Part shown: positions 8,340-16,155 of the stretch, in pieces
How positions within the stretch are numbered: the stretch's first letter is position 1
How the letters are laid out: every line of letters starts with the position of its first letter
Assembly (NCBI GenBank): GCA_963732385.1
Contig: CAVSZB010000005.1
Span: 256,001 to 320,000 of the forward strand
Source of the DNA: an uncultured bacterium
GTDB taxonomy: Bacteria; Krumholzibacteriota; Krumholzibacteriia; LZORAL124-64-63
Length of the DNA stretch: 64,000 nucleotides
Direction: 5' to 3'
The notes under the pieces: model-generated
Told to the model about the DNA's origin: nothing
Databases searched by the model: none
The model's input: the letters and a program-made list of their open reading frames with translations, nothing else
Position numbers and translations under genes: made by a program

Positions 8340-10067
8340 CTACCGGGTGATGACTAGTCGCGCCACTCGCGATTCACCGCGCGCCGTCAGCCGTGCGTAA
8401 TAGACGCCCGCGGGCACTGGTCGCCCCGCGGCATCTTGCCCGTCCCAGCCCAGCACGTGCTCGCCGACTGCCGCGGACTCGTTGAAAAGCGCTCGCACGA
8501 GTCGCCCCCGCACGTCGTACAGATCGACCCTGGCGCTTGCGGCGGCGCCCAGCGCGAAGCGCAGCGCACTCCCACCGCCCGAAGGATTCGGCCCGTTGAT
8601 CGCAAGTTCGAGGTCCCCCGCCCGGTTCCCGTCCGCGACGCCGACCACCAGGGGAGCCCCCAGCGTGCCGTCGGCGCCGATCCTGCTGGCGTAGATGTCC
8701 CAACTCGGGTTCACGCGATAGTCTTCCCACACGACGACGGCACCGCCCGCACCATCGCCGAGGATGGCCGGCAGGGTCTGGCTGTCAGCCGCGGTCGAGA
8801 CGGCGACTCCGTTGGCCGCCCACTGGCCGATGCCGGTCGTGTCGAGGCGCTGGGCGAAGATGTCATAGTAGTAGCCGTCCGTGCGGCGATCCTGCCACGT
8901 GATGACCGCCCCGCCGGCGCCATCGCGCGCGATCGCCGCCACGGCCTGATCGTAGGCGGCCCCCGAGACGAGCGTCCCGTCGGCAGCCCACAGCCCGACG
9001 CCCGCGGCGTCGAGACGCTGCGCGTAGACATCGTAGCCGGCCCCGGAGCGCTTGTCGTTCCAGGCGATGATCGCCCCGCCGCTGCCGTCGCCGGCCAGGA
9101 CGGGCGCCTCCTGATAGTCCGCGGCCACGCAGACGCTGTCCCCCCCGGCCGTCCACTGCGCGGCCCCTGCGCCGTCGATCTTCTGCGCATAGATGTCGGA
9201 GCTGGAGCCACGGCGGTAGTCCTGCCAGGCGATGATCGCCCCGCCGGATCCGTCACTGACGATGTTGGGGTAGATCTGGAAACTGCTCTCCGTCGAAATG
9301 GCCACGCCGTTGGGCGTCCATTGCGCCACGCCGGCACTGCTGATGCGCTGGGCGTAGACGTCGTTGTCGCCCCCGCGCTGGTCGTACCACGTGATGATGG
9401 CGCCGCCGGCGCCGTCGGTGACGATCATCGGCCGTCGCTGGGCCGTCACGGCCGTGCAGACCGCGACTCCGTTGGGCGTCCATTGCACCACGCCCAGGGA
9501 ATCGACCCGCTGGGCGTAGATGTCGTAGTTGGTTCCGCGACCATCCTCCCAGGTGATGATCGCGCCCCCGCCGCCATCGCTGACGATCTGCGGCTTGCCC
9601 TGGGTTCCGGCCAGCACGCAGATCCCGAGACCGTCGGCCGCCCACTGCACCGTTCCGGACGCGGTGACACGACGGGCGTAGATGTCACGGTTGAAACCGC
9701 CGGGACGGTTATCCTCCCACGTGACGATGGCTCCGCCGGCGCCGTCGCCCACGAGCATGGGATATTCCTGGGCAAGCGCCGCCATGGACAGAGCGATGCC
9801 GTTGACCGCCCATTCCGCCGCACCCGTCCGATCCATCCGCTGGACATAGATGTCCGCGTAGCCGTTCCTGTGGTCCTGCCAGGCTATGATCGCACCATCG
9901 GCGCTATCGCCTGTAATCGAGGGAAGCCGTTGATTGCCCGTTGAAGTGCAGATCGGATTGTTTGTCGTCTGATCACCGGACCATTGGGCAAGAGACGGCG
10001 TGGCGCACAGGCACACCATGAGGGCCCAGGGAAATCTGGCGCGCAGGAAATTGGCAGAGGCTTTCAT
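8340..10067 (-). CDS. Secreted 8-repeat beta-propeller protein with FlgD-Ig C-terminal domain
   Basis: SD GGAGA before ATG; signal peptide; 8 repeats DG.GGAII.W.D.R...DIYAQR.D..G...W...G; C-terminus PNP...YDVRGRLVRAL...WDGQD...GVYYARL. Confidence 0.8.
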   Translation of the reverse strand: MKASANFLRARFPWALMVCLCATPSLAQWSGDQTTNNPICTSTGNQRLPSITGDSADGAIIAWQDHRNGYADIYVQRMDRTGAAEWAVNGIALSMAALAQEYPMLVGDGAGGAIVTWEDNRPGGFNRDIYARRVTASGTVQWAADGLGICVLAGTQGKPQIVSDGGGGAIITWEDGRGTNYDIYAQRVDSLGVVQWTPNGVAVCTAVTAQRRPMIVTDGAGGAIITWYDQRGGDNDVYAQRISSAGVAQWTPNGVAISTESSFQIYPNIVSDGSGGAIIAWQDYRRGSSSDIYAQKIDGAGAAQWTAGGDSVCVAADYQEAPVLAGDGSGGAIIAWNDKRSGAGYDVYAQRLDAAGVGLWAADGTLVSGAAYDQAVAAIARDGAGGAVITWQDRRTDGYYYDIFAQRLDTTGIGQWAANGVAVSTAADSQTLPAILGDGAGGAVVVWEDYRVNPSWDIYASRIGADGTLGAPLVVGVADGNRAGDLELAINGPNPSGGGSALRFALGAAASARVDLYDVRGRLVRALFNESAAVGEHVLGWDGQDAAGRPVPAGVYYARLTARGESRVARLVITR

Positions 10068-10186
10068 CGGATCTCCCATTCGGAAACGTTCACCAGTAGT
10101 GATGGTTCTTGCTGGCCCGTTCGTCAGACTTCGCCCACGGCCGTTTCGGCAGCGATGGAGAAGATCGCCGAGCAGCCATGGCTCAC

Positions 10187-10258
10187 TCACGCCTGGGCCG
10201 TCGCGCAGGCCGGAAGCAGGACTGTGGCAATCAGCAGGAGCGTGAGGGAACTGCGCAT
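10187..10258 (-). pseudogene. Orphan signal-peptide ORF (23 aa), probable gene remnant
   Basis: MRSSLTLLLIATVLLPACATAQA followed directly by TGA. Confidence 0.35.
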
Positions 10259-10344
10259 GGCGGTAGTCCATTCGGTTGATGATCCCTGTCAGGATTGCCG
10301 CGTCCGGCCGGAACGCGGGCGGCGCCTGAATACCGACTAAAACC

Positions 10345-10372
10345 TATCGGATTAATGGGAGTTATGTCAATC
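10345..10372 (+). other. dif-like XerC/XerD recombination site candidate
   Basis: TATCGGATTAA-TGGGAG-TTATGTCAATC: 11-6-11 layout, intergenic; right arm close to the XerD arm TTATGTTAAAT, left arm weaker. Confidence 0.5.
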
Positions 10373-10536
10373 AGAATGGGAAACGCCGATCCGAGGCTCA
10401 GCAGAGACGGCTTCCGACCCCGTCGTGAGCGGCCGCGACCTCTCTCCGGGCGGAATTTCCGCCCCGACACCCACACCCCAATTCGCGCCCCCGCACAGGG
10501 ACGGGTGGGATTATTGAAAGGCACAGGGGGGGACGA

Positions 10537-12261
10537 TCACCACACAGCAAGGAACCGCCGATACCGGCCGTACTTCTCGCTCGACATTCGTTCATTCATG
10601 ACCATGGCCTCAAGCCAACCGTGAAACTCCTCGGCCCGCGCCCGCAGCGCGGATCGCGGGATGCCCAAGACGTCGCGATCGGGGATCTGCAGCTCCCGCG
10701 TCGCATCCAGAGCAAGCGCCCGCGCCAGATGCGCAGCAGCCCGCTCGTAGTTTCCGGCGATGACATGAAGCTCCGCAGCGTAGAGCAGTGCATCGTGGGT
10801 GGTCCCCCACACTTGGAATCCACGGCCCTTCTCGCAAAGCACGAATGCATCGGCCGGCGTCTCCAGCAAGGAGTTCGTCCACTGGGCGCGACCCAACGGG
10901 CCCAGCAGCAGTCCCACCCCCAGCGGTCCCGCGAGCGCGGTGTACCGCGGGGTCTCGAGGGCTGCCTTGGCAGTGGCCGGACCGCGATCACCGTCGTGAG
11001 TTGTCAATTGTGCCTGGAAGATGAACAGATCGAATGGACCACTCCTGGATTCCGGCGGCAGGAACTCGCGGATTGCCTTGGCAGCTTCGCGCGCTGTCTG
11101 TGACGCGCAAACCACCGGATCGGCCGGAAGGCCATCCGCCTCCGGCCTCGATATCCATTCGCGCATTGTGACTTGGCCCCAGAAGATCGTTCCGATTGCC
11201 AACCCTGCGGCGGTCAAACCGTTCAATCGCAAACGGACAGGCACCAGGCTAGCCAGGGTGAGAGAACCGGCTGCAGCCGCCAAGTACCCCATGTAGGGCC
11301 GGGCCTGGTTGACGAGCGGCAACACCGGTCCAAGGCTCAGCAGGGCGCAGGCCCAGGCCGTCAACGGCAGTTGCCGTCCGCGACGCCAGGCCTGCGCGCC
11401 GTACACTCCCCACGCCACGAAGAGGGCGATGCCGACCCCGGCCAGGGTCCAGGTCACCTGCGCGGTGAAGACCGGGCCCGGCGTGGGCAGCCACCAGCCG
11501 AACTTGCCCAGATTGCCCAGCATCACCAGCGCCCCGCCAAGAGCATACGGATCACGTGGCCCCGTGGCGAAATGCCGGAGGATCAGCGCACTCTCCCACG
11601 CGGCAACGCCGGCAACAAGAACCGCCACGCTCCAACGGAGACGGACGCCAACGCCCCCCGAGGCGCGACGCGCAACCAGCGACGCCATGAAGAAGAATGG
11701 CAGCGCGAGCGCCGACTCCTTCGCCAGGATCGAGCCGATCCCCAGCAGGCCCGCAAGCAGTACATCGGCGCGCCCGACAGCCAGCCATCTCTCGATGGCC
11801 AACAACGCCAGCACTCCGCCCAGTAGCTCCTGAATACCCGAGGCCCAGTACAGCGGAGTGAATGCGATCGGTGTGGCTGCGAACAGCAGTCCGGCCAGCA
11901 ACTGCGCCGGCGGCCCCAACGATGCCCGCCGCGCAATCCCGACAACGGTCACCGCAGCGATCGCGTGCAGTAGAATGCGCAGCCACGCGTGCGCCGCCGC
12001 ATCGAGGCCGAACAACGGCCACGTGATGGACCACCAGGCGTGCTGACTCAACCACCGAGCCGGGAATCCCGCAGGGACCTCGATCCGACCGGCAGCGCGG
12101 GCAAGCTGACCCCAGTCGTCCAGGCACCACCAGGACCCCAAGGCAGGTATCCTGGCTAAGACAGCGACGGGCAGCACGGCCATCGGGATCGCCCAGGCGC
12201 GCCCGACCACCAACGCCTCGAAGCCGCGCCACGAGGCTTCAGTACGTGCCTGCTTCTGCAT
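10537..12261 (-). CDS. Polytopic membrane protein, GT-C-like glycosyltransferase candidate with a TPR-like C-terminal helix pair
   Basis: Acidic LDDW in the first loop, W..FG.DA..H, LLFA.TP...PLYWASG.QEL, LAKES; many TM segments; more A/T-ending codons than the flanking genes. Confidence 0.6.
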   Translation of the reverse strand: MQKQARTEASWRGFEALVVGRAWAIPMAVLPVAVLARIPALGSWWCLDDWGQLARAAGRIEVPAGFPARWLSQHAWWSITWPLFGLDAAAHAWLRILLHAIAAVTVVGIARRASLGPPAQLLAGLLFAATPIAFTPLYWASGIQELLGGVLALLAIERWLAVGRADVLLAGLLGIGSILAKESALALPFFFMASLVARRASGGVGVRLRWSVAVLVAGVAAWESALILRHFATGPRDPYALGGALVMLGNLGKFGWWLPTPGPVFTAQVTWTLAGVGIALFVAWGVYGAQAWRRGRQLPLTAWACALLSLGPVLPLVNQARPYMGYLAAAAGSLTLASLVPVRLRLNGLTAAGLAIGTIFWGQVTMREWISRPEADGLPADPVVCASQTAREAAKAIREFLPPESRSGPFDLFIFQAQLTTHDGDRGPATAKAALETPRYTALAGPLGVGLLLGPLGRAQWTNSLLETPADAFVLCEKGRGFQVWGTTHDALLYAAELHVIAGNYERAAAHLARALALDATRELQIPDRDVLGIPRSALRARAEEFHGWLEAMVMNERMSSEKYGRYRRFLAVW

Positions 12262-12450
12262 GCTCACGTCCCCGTCGCTCCTGGCCAAAGCGCGCCCCCA
12301 CGTCCCGTGAGTTCTGGGGCCGACAGAGCCACAAGGGGGGCTGAAACCATGCCATGCAAATGTGCATCGCTCATGCCAGTCATGATTGCCCTCCGCCTTC
12401 AGGTACAATCATCGCGTCGAGGACATCTGCTCCGCTGCTGCAGTGGCCTT

Positions 12451-12462
12451 CATAATTAGCCG
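12451..12462 (+). repeat. 12-bp inverted repeat, left copy CATAATTAGCCG
   Basis: Exact reverse complement of 13062-13073. Confidence 0.6.
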
Positions 12463-12559
12463 CCCAACCAGCCGCTGTTAACCAGGGGAAGAAAGCCAGG
12501 TCACCCCCGCGCTGGTCGATTCGTGGTGGGGAGAGCAGGTCGGTGGGCGGGGGCTGTAC

Positions 12560-13048
12560 CTAACGATAGATAGCCTTAATCGTACCCCAACTGGCGCCTT
12601 GTTGGGCCACGGTGGCTCGAGAAACCCAGCTGTAGCCACAAAGCCCGTCGTCCATGCTTAGGTGCTTGTCTCCGGTGTCGGGATACACAACGACCTGCAC
12701 GAAAGCATACCTGGTCGTAGATTCTCCAATCGTGGTGTCCAGCATGTCAACGGGGATGCCAAGAAGGCCCGGCACCTGGGAGAGAACGTACGTGCCCTGC
12801 GCCTGCAGAACGCCGTTGCGGAAGGTACGGTAGATCGCGCCGTCGGCGGCTGCGCCATACTGGCACTGCAGAGTGAAACCCTCTGTCTGAGGCGTCGAGA
12901 CCACGCTGCCATCGTCACATCCGGTGCTTGCCCATTCCCATGAGCCAACAATGAGATCCGCGACCTGCGCCCCGGACAGCAGGGGGGCTCCAATCACGAG
13001 AACAACGAGCAGAAGAGTGGCCGTCAGGTTTTTCAAGAGTCGCAGCAT
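12560..13048 (-). CDS. Secreted hypothetical protein (lipocalin-like strands) with C-terminal SWGTIKAIYR tail
   Basis: Signal peptide MLRLLKNLTATLLLVVLVIGAPLLSGAQ; LIVGSWEW; ends ATVAQQGASWGTIKAIYR. Confidence 0.75.
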   Translation of the reverse strand: MLRLLKNLTATLLLVVLVIGAPLLSGAQVADLIVGSWEWASTGCDDGSVVSTPQTEGFTLQCQYGAAADGAIYRTFRNGVLQAQGTYVLSQVPGLLGIPVDMLDTTIGESTTRYAFVQVVVYPDTGDKHLSMDDGLCGYSWVSRATVAQQGASWGTIKAIYR

Positions 13049-13061
13049 CCCCTCTGGGCCT

Positions 13062-13073
13062 CGGCTAATTATG
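13062..13073 (-). repeat. 12-bp inverted repeat, right copy (CGGCTAATTATG on +)
   Basis: Exact reverse complement of 12451-12462; overlaps the -10 box of the 13048 promoter. Confidence 0.6.
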
Positions 13074-13097
13074 GGGGGAGCGCCGAGACGGAGTCAA
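13068..13097 (-). promoter_or_regulatory. Sigma70-type promoter for the 13048 gene
   Basis: TTGACT-18 nt-CATAAT on the minus strand, followed by AGAGGGG and ATG. Confidence 0.6.
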
Positions 13098-13295
13098 TGG
13101 GCGCGGCCGGCACCACCGGCAACAACAACCAATTGAGTTTTCACTTGTGCCAGCCAGAATGAAGAAAGCACGTTTTGGAGAATCAAAGAGCTTCCAGCGT
13201 CCATACCGCCCGGGCAATTTCTCTCTCCACGTCTCTCCCCAATACCGACCCCCGCACCCCAAAACCCGCCCTCGTAACCCGCTGCAACTGCGCCA

Positions 13296-13330
13296 CAAAC
13301 AAACGCCCCGATCCAACCCAGACCGGGGCG
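13296..13330 (-). terminator. Intrinsic terminator downstream of the tRNA-like relic
   Basis: Minus strand CGCCCCGGTCT-gggtt-GGATCGGGGCG followed by TTTGTTTG. Confidence 0.6.
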
Positions 13331-13372
13331 ACCGTCAACTTCTCTGCAAGTCGTTGCTACACTGAAAGTTGT

Positions 13373-13446
13373 TGGCTCGTCAGGCTGGACTCGAACCGGA
13401 AGCCCGTCGTTCACAGCCATATGCCTACCATTGATATGCCGGGTGA
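13373..13446 (-). pseudogene. Decayed tRNA (Asn-like) or att-site relic
   Basis: The 3' 25 nt GGTTCGAGTCCAGCCTGACGAGCCA look like an intact T-loop, acceptor strand, G73 and CCA. The upstream part keeps D-loop-like TCAATGGTAG and anticodon-loop-like GGCTGTGAAC in tRNA register, but the stems are broken. Confidence 0.65.
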
Positions 13447-13645
13447 TGCCGGGTGTCGAACTACACGCCACGGGGACTATTTGGCGTGCTGAAAGATCGC
13501 CAGGAATCCGAATACCAGATAATGTTCTGATGTTCTCCGTCCGCAATCCGGGCCTCATCCGCTTCGAGCCGGTGCGCCGGGTGCGACCGTATTCTCCGCG
13601 GCACGGGGCTTGAGACTCGCTCCTTCGACGGTTACTGTGGCGGCC

Positions 13646-14933
13646 ATGTTCGATCGCCTCGCATTGTCCCTCGCCCCCACGATCGTCTGCCGCTGGCTGC
13701 TGCTGGCGGCGGCAGCGGTGTCCGTTCGGGCCGCAGCGGCCCCGTCGGAGGACCGGCCGGATTCCACCATCGGTGTGACCATCGCCGCCTGCGGTCGGCG
13801 CCCCTGCCGGATCGCGCTGGCCGCAGTATCGCCCCCTGGCCGAGGCCCTTTCCCGCTGGCGGGCGCTCGACGGGAGCGCCTGGCGCGACTCCCTGCCACG
13901 CGTGCCGCGGGTCGATCCGGGCGACCGGTATTGCGGTCTGGCGGACGTGGCGCGGCGTTTGCGCGTGCTGGGCGATCTTTCGGCGGCAGCCGACAGCGCG
14001 TCCGAGGACAGCCTGTACGGCGAACCGCTGCTGTCTGCCGTGCACCGCTTCCAGGCACGGCACGGTCTGGCTTCCGACGGGGTGATCGGCCGCGCCACCT
14101 TCGGCCAGCTCGACATTCCGCCGGCGGGCCGCGCCCGGCAGATCGAGTTGTCGCTGGCGCGCCTGGACCGGCTGCCGGAGCCGCCCGCCGGTCCGGCGAT
14201 CGTCGTCAACATCCCGGCGTTCCGGCTGTACGGCTTCGCCTCCGCCGTTGGCGACACCGCGCCCTCGCTCGAGATGGGGGTGATCGTCGGCAAGGTCGCC
14301 ACGCCGACACCGGTGTTCGCGGACACGATGCGCTACGTCATCCTGCGCCCGTTCTGGCACCCGCCGCGCAGCATCATCACCGGTGAGATCCTGCCCGCCA
14401 TCGAGCAGGATCCGGGCTATCTCGACGCCCACGAGATGGAGCTCTGCCCCTCGGCGAACGACCTGGTGCCGGCCCTGCCGCTCACGCCGGAAAATCTCGA
14501 GCGCCTGCGCGCCGGCACCGCGCGCGTGCGCCAGCGCCCCGGCCCGCGGAACACGCTCGGCCTGGTGAAATTCCTGTTCCCCAACCGACACATGATCTAC
14601 CTGCACGGGGCATCAGGGTACGCACTCTTCGCGCGGACGCGACGCGACTTCAGCCACGGCTGCGTGCGGGTGGAGGATCCCGAGGCGCTGGCGGAGTTCG
14701 TGCTGGCGGGCGAGCCGGGCTGGACGCGGCAGGAGATTGCCGGGGCGATGGAGGGGGAGAAATCGACGCGCGTGGACCTCACCCACACGCTCCCGGTCAT
14801 CATCACCTACCTGACCGCCTGGCCCCGCGGGGACGGTGTGATCGTTTTCTGCGAGGATCTCTACGACCTGGATGCGGCGGAAACGCTCCCCGTACCGCCG
14901 GCGGCCATGGAGACGCTGATCTCCGCGCCCTGA
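13646..14933 (+). pseudogene. YcbB/LdtD-like L,D-transpeptidase split by a +1 frameshift near 13780-13820
   Basis: Signal peptide in the frame of ATG 13646; PQYRPLAEALSRWRAL, PG-binding AVHRFQARHGLASDGVIG, VNIPAF, IYLHG...RDFSHGCVRV are in the next frame, which has a TGA at 13776. Confidence 0.7.
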
Positions 14934-14946
14934 TCCCACCGTTGCG

Positions 14947-15942
14947 TCAGAGGCTCAGATCCCCCCGTGCGAGCAGCGTGCGGGTGGAGCCGTCCGCGTA
15001 CGTGGCGACGAGGGTCGGCTGGTGGAAGAGGAAGTCGAGGTGGGTGCAGGAGACATTGCGCCCGCCCGGCATGTCCTCGTTGTTGCCGAACGCCACGTGG
15101 GCGGTGTGCAGCGCCTTCTCGTCTTCGAGCATGCGGCCCACGATGCGCGCGCCGGGGTTGATGCCGATCCCCAGTTCGCCGATCACCGCGGCCCACGGAT
15201 CGAGCGACGTGAGCCTTGCCAATTCCTGCTGCAGCTCGTCGTTTCCGCCCGCGATCCGCGCGATGCGCCCTCCCCGCACGTGGACCCGCACCGGCTGGGG
15301 TGGCGGTCCAAGCGCGCCGATCGAGCCGTCGGCGACCAGGATCCCCTCGGCGTCCGACTCCACCGGCGCCGCGTAGATCTCGCCGCACGGCAGATTGACC
15401 ATGGCCCCGACGCCACCGCGGCAGTCGTGCACGAAGGGGCGGCCGAACAGCCCCAAGGACAGGTCGGTGCCGCCCGGCGCCGTGATGCGCGCCGAGATGG
15501 CGCCCTCGAACGCGGCGACCAGGCGATCGGCCGTTTCGACCATGGCGCCGTAGTCGACCGCCAGCGGACCGTTCTCGAACATCTCCTCGGTGATGCCGGG
15601 ACTGTGGCCGCAGCGGATGCGTCCGGTCGCCCCGATGCGCTGGAGCCACGCCACGCGGAACGGGATCTCGTCGTTGCGGGCCTGCAGCGCGTTGACGACG
15701 ATCGTGACGTCATCCAGGAGCCCGACAAGTTCGGGTGGCGTCTCGCGCAGCGGCCGTGCCGACTCCGGGAGCGTGTAGAGACGCGCCGGGCAGCCGATCC
15801 CCGCGGCCGCGGCGTGGAACGCCTCGCCGATGCGGCGGCGGCTCTCGTCCGTGACGACCAGGACCGTGTCGTCGGGGGCGAGCCCGAGAACGTGGATGAG
15901 GGCATTGCGGGCGACAGCGATCAGGCTGCTGAGGTCTGTCAT
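14947..15942 (-). CDS. Peptidase M29-like (aminopeptidase T family) metalloaminopeptidase
   Basis: NLPCGEIYAAP, IGELGIGINP, LEDEKALHTAHVAFGNN, HLD. Confidence 0.8.
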   Translation of the reverse strand: MTDLSSLIAVARNALIHVLGLAPDDTVLVVTDESRRRIGEAFHAAAAGIGCPARLYTLPESARPLRETPPELVGLLDDVTIVVNALQARNDEIPFRVAWLQRIGATGRIRCGHSPGITEEMFENGPLAVDYGAMVETADRLVAAFEGAISARITAPGGTDLSLGLFGRPFVHDCRGGVGAMVNLPCGEIYAAPVESDAEGILVADGSIGALGPPPQPVRVHVRGGRIARIAGGNDELQQELARLTSLDPWAAVIGELGIGINPGARIVGRMLEDEKALHTAHVAFGNNEDMPGGRNVSCTHLDFLFHQPTLVATYADGSTRTLLARGDLSL

Positions 15943-16155
15943 GTGCCGTGCTCCAGGCCGGACGAGTCGTGGGGCGTGATACATAAGTACGCGCGATCCG
16001 GCCCCGGGGTTCCGCGCCCGCCGCAAGACAGTTGCCGCCCCCCGCGCCTGAGGCTACATTTCATGGGTCAGGCTGCGGCCGCCCGCGCCGGCCACGCCGG
16101 AAACCTTCCGGAGCGCCGGGCGCAGGGACCGCCGCCACGGCGATCGGATCGCGCC

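Noticed and set aside
2110..9980. Regularly spaced DNA repeats as a possible CRISPR array
   Set aside because: They are degenerate in-frame coding repeats of propeller proteins; no identical repeat/unique spacer pattern and no cas genes
12470..12490. GCTGTTAACC resembling a tRNA-Asn anticodon arm
   Set aside because: No D-arm, T-arm or acceptor stem around it; too short to support
12462..12564. Integron attC-like cores (GCCCAAC at 12462, ACCTAAC at 12558)
   Set aside because: The cores are in the same orientation with no paired R''/R' palindrome, and there is no integron integrase or cassette array
13373..13446. Functional tRNA-His (GTG in the loop)
   Set aside because: Acceptor, anticodon and T stems do not pair properly, and the 3' end has Asn-like rather than His-like identity
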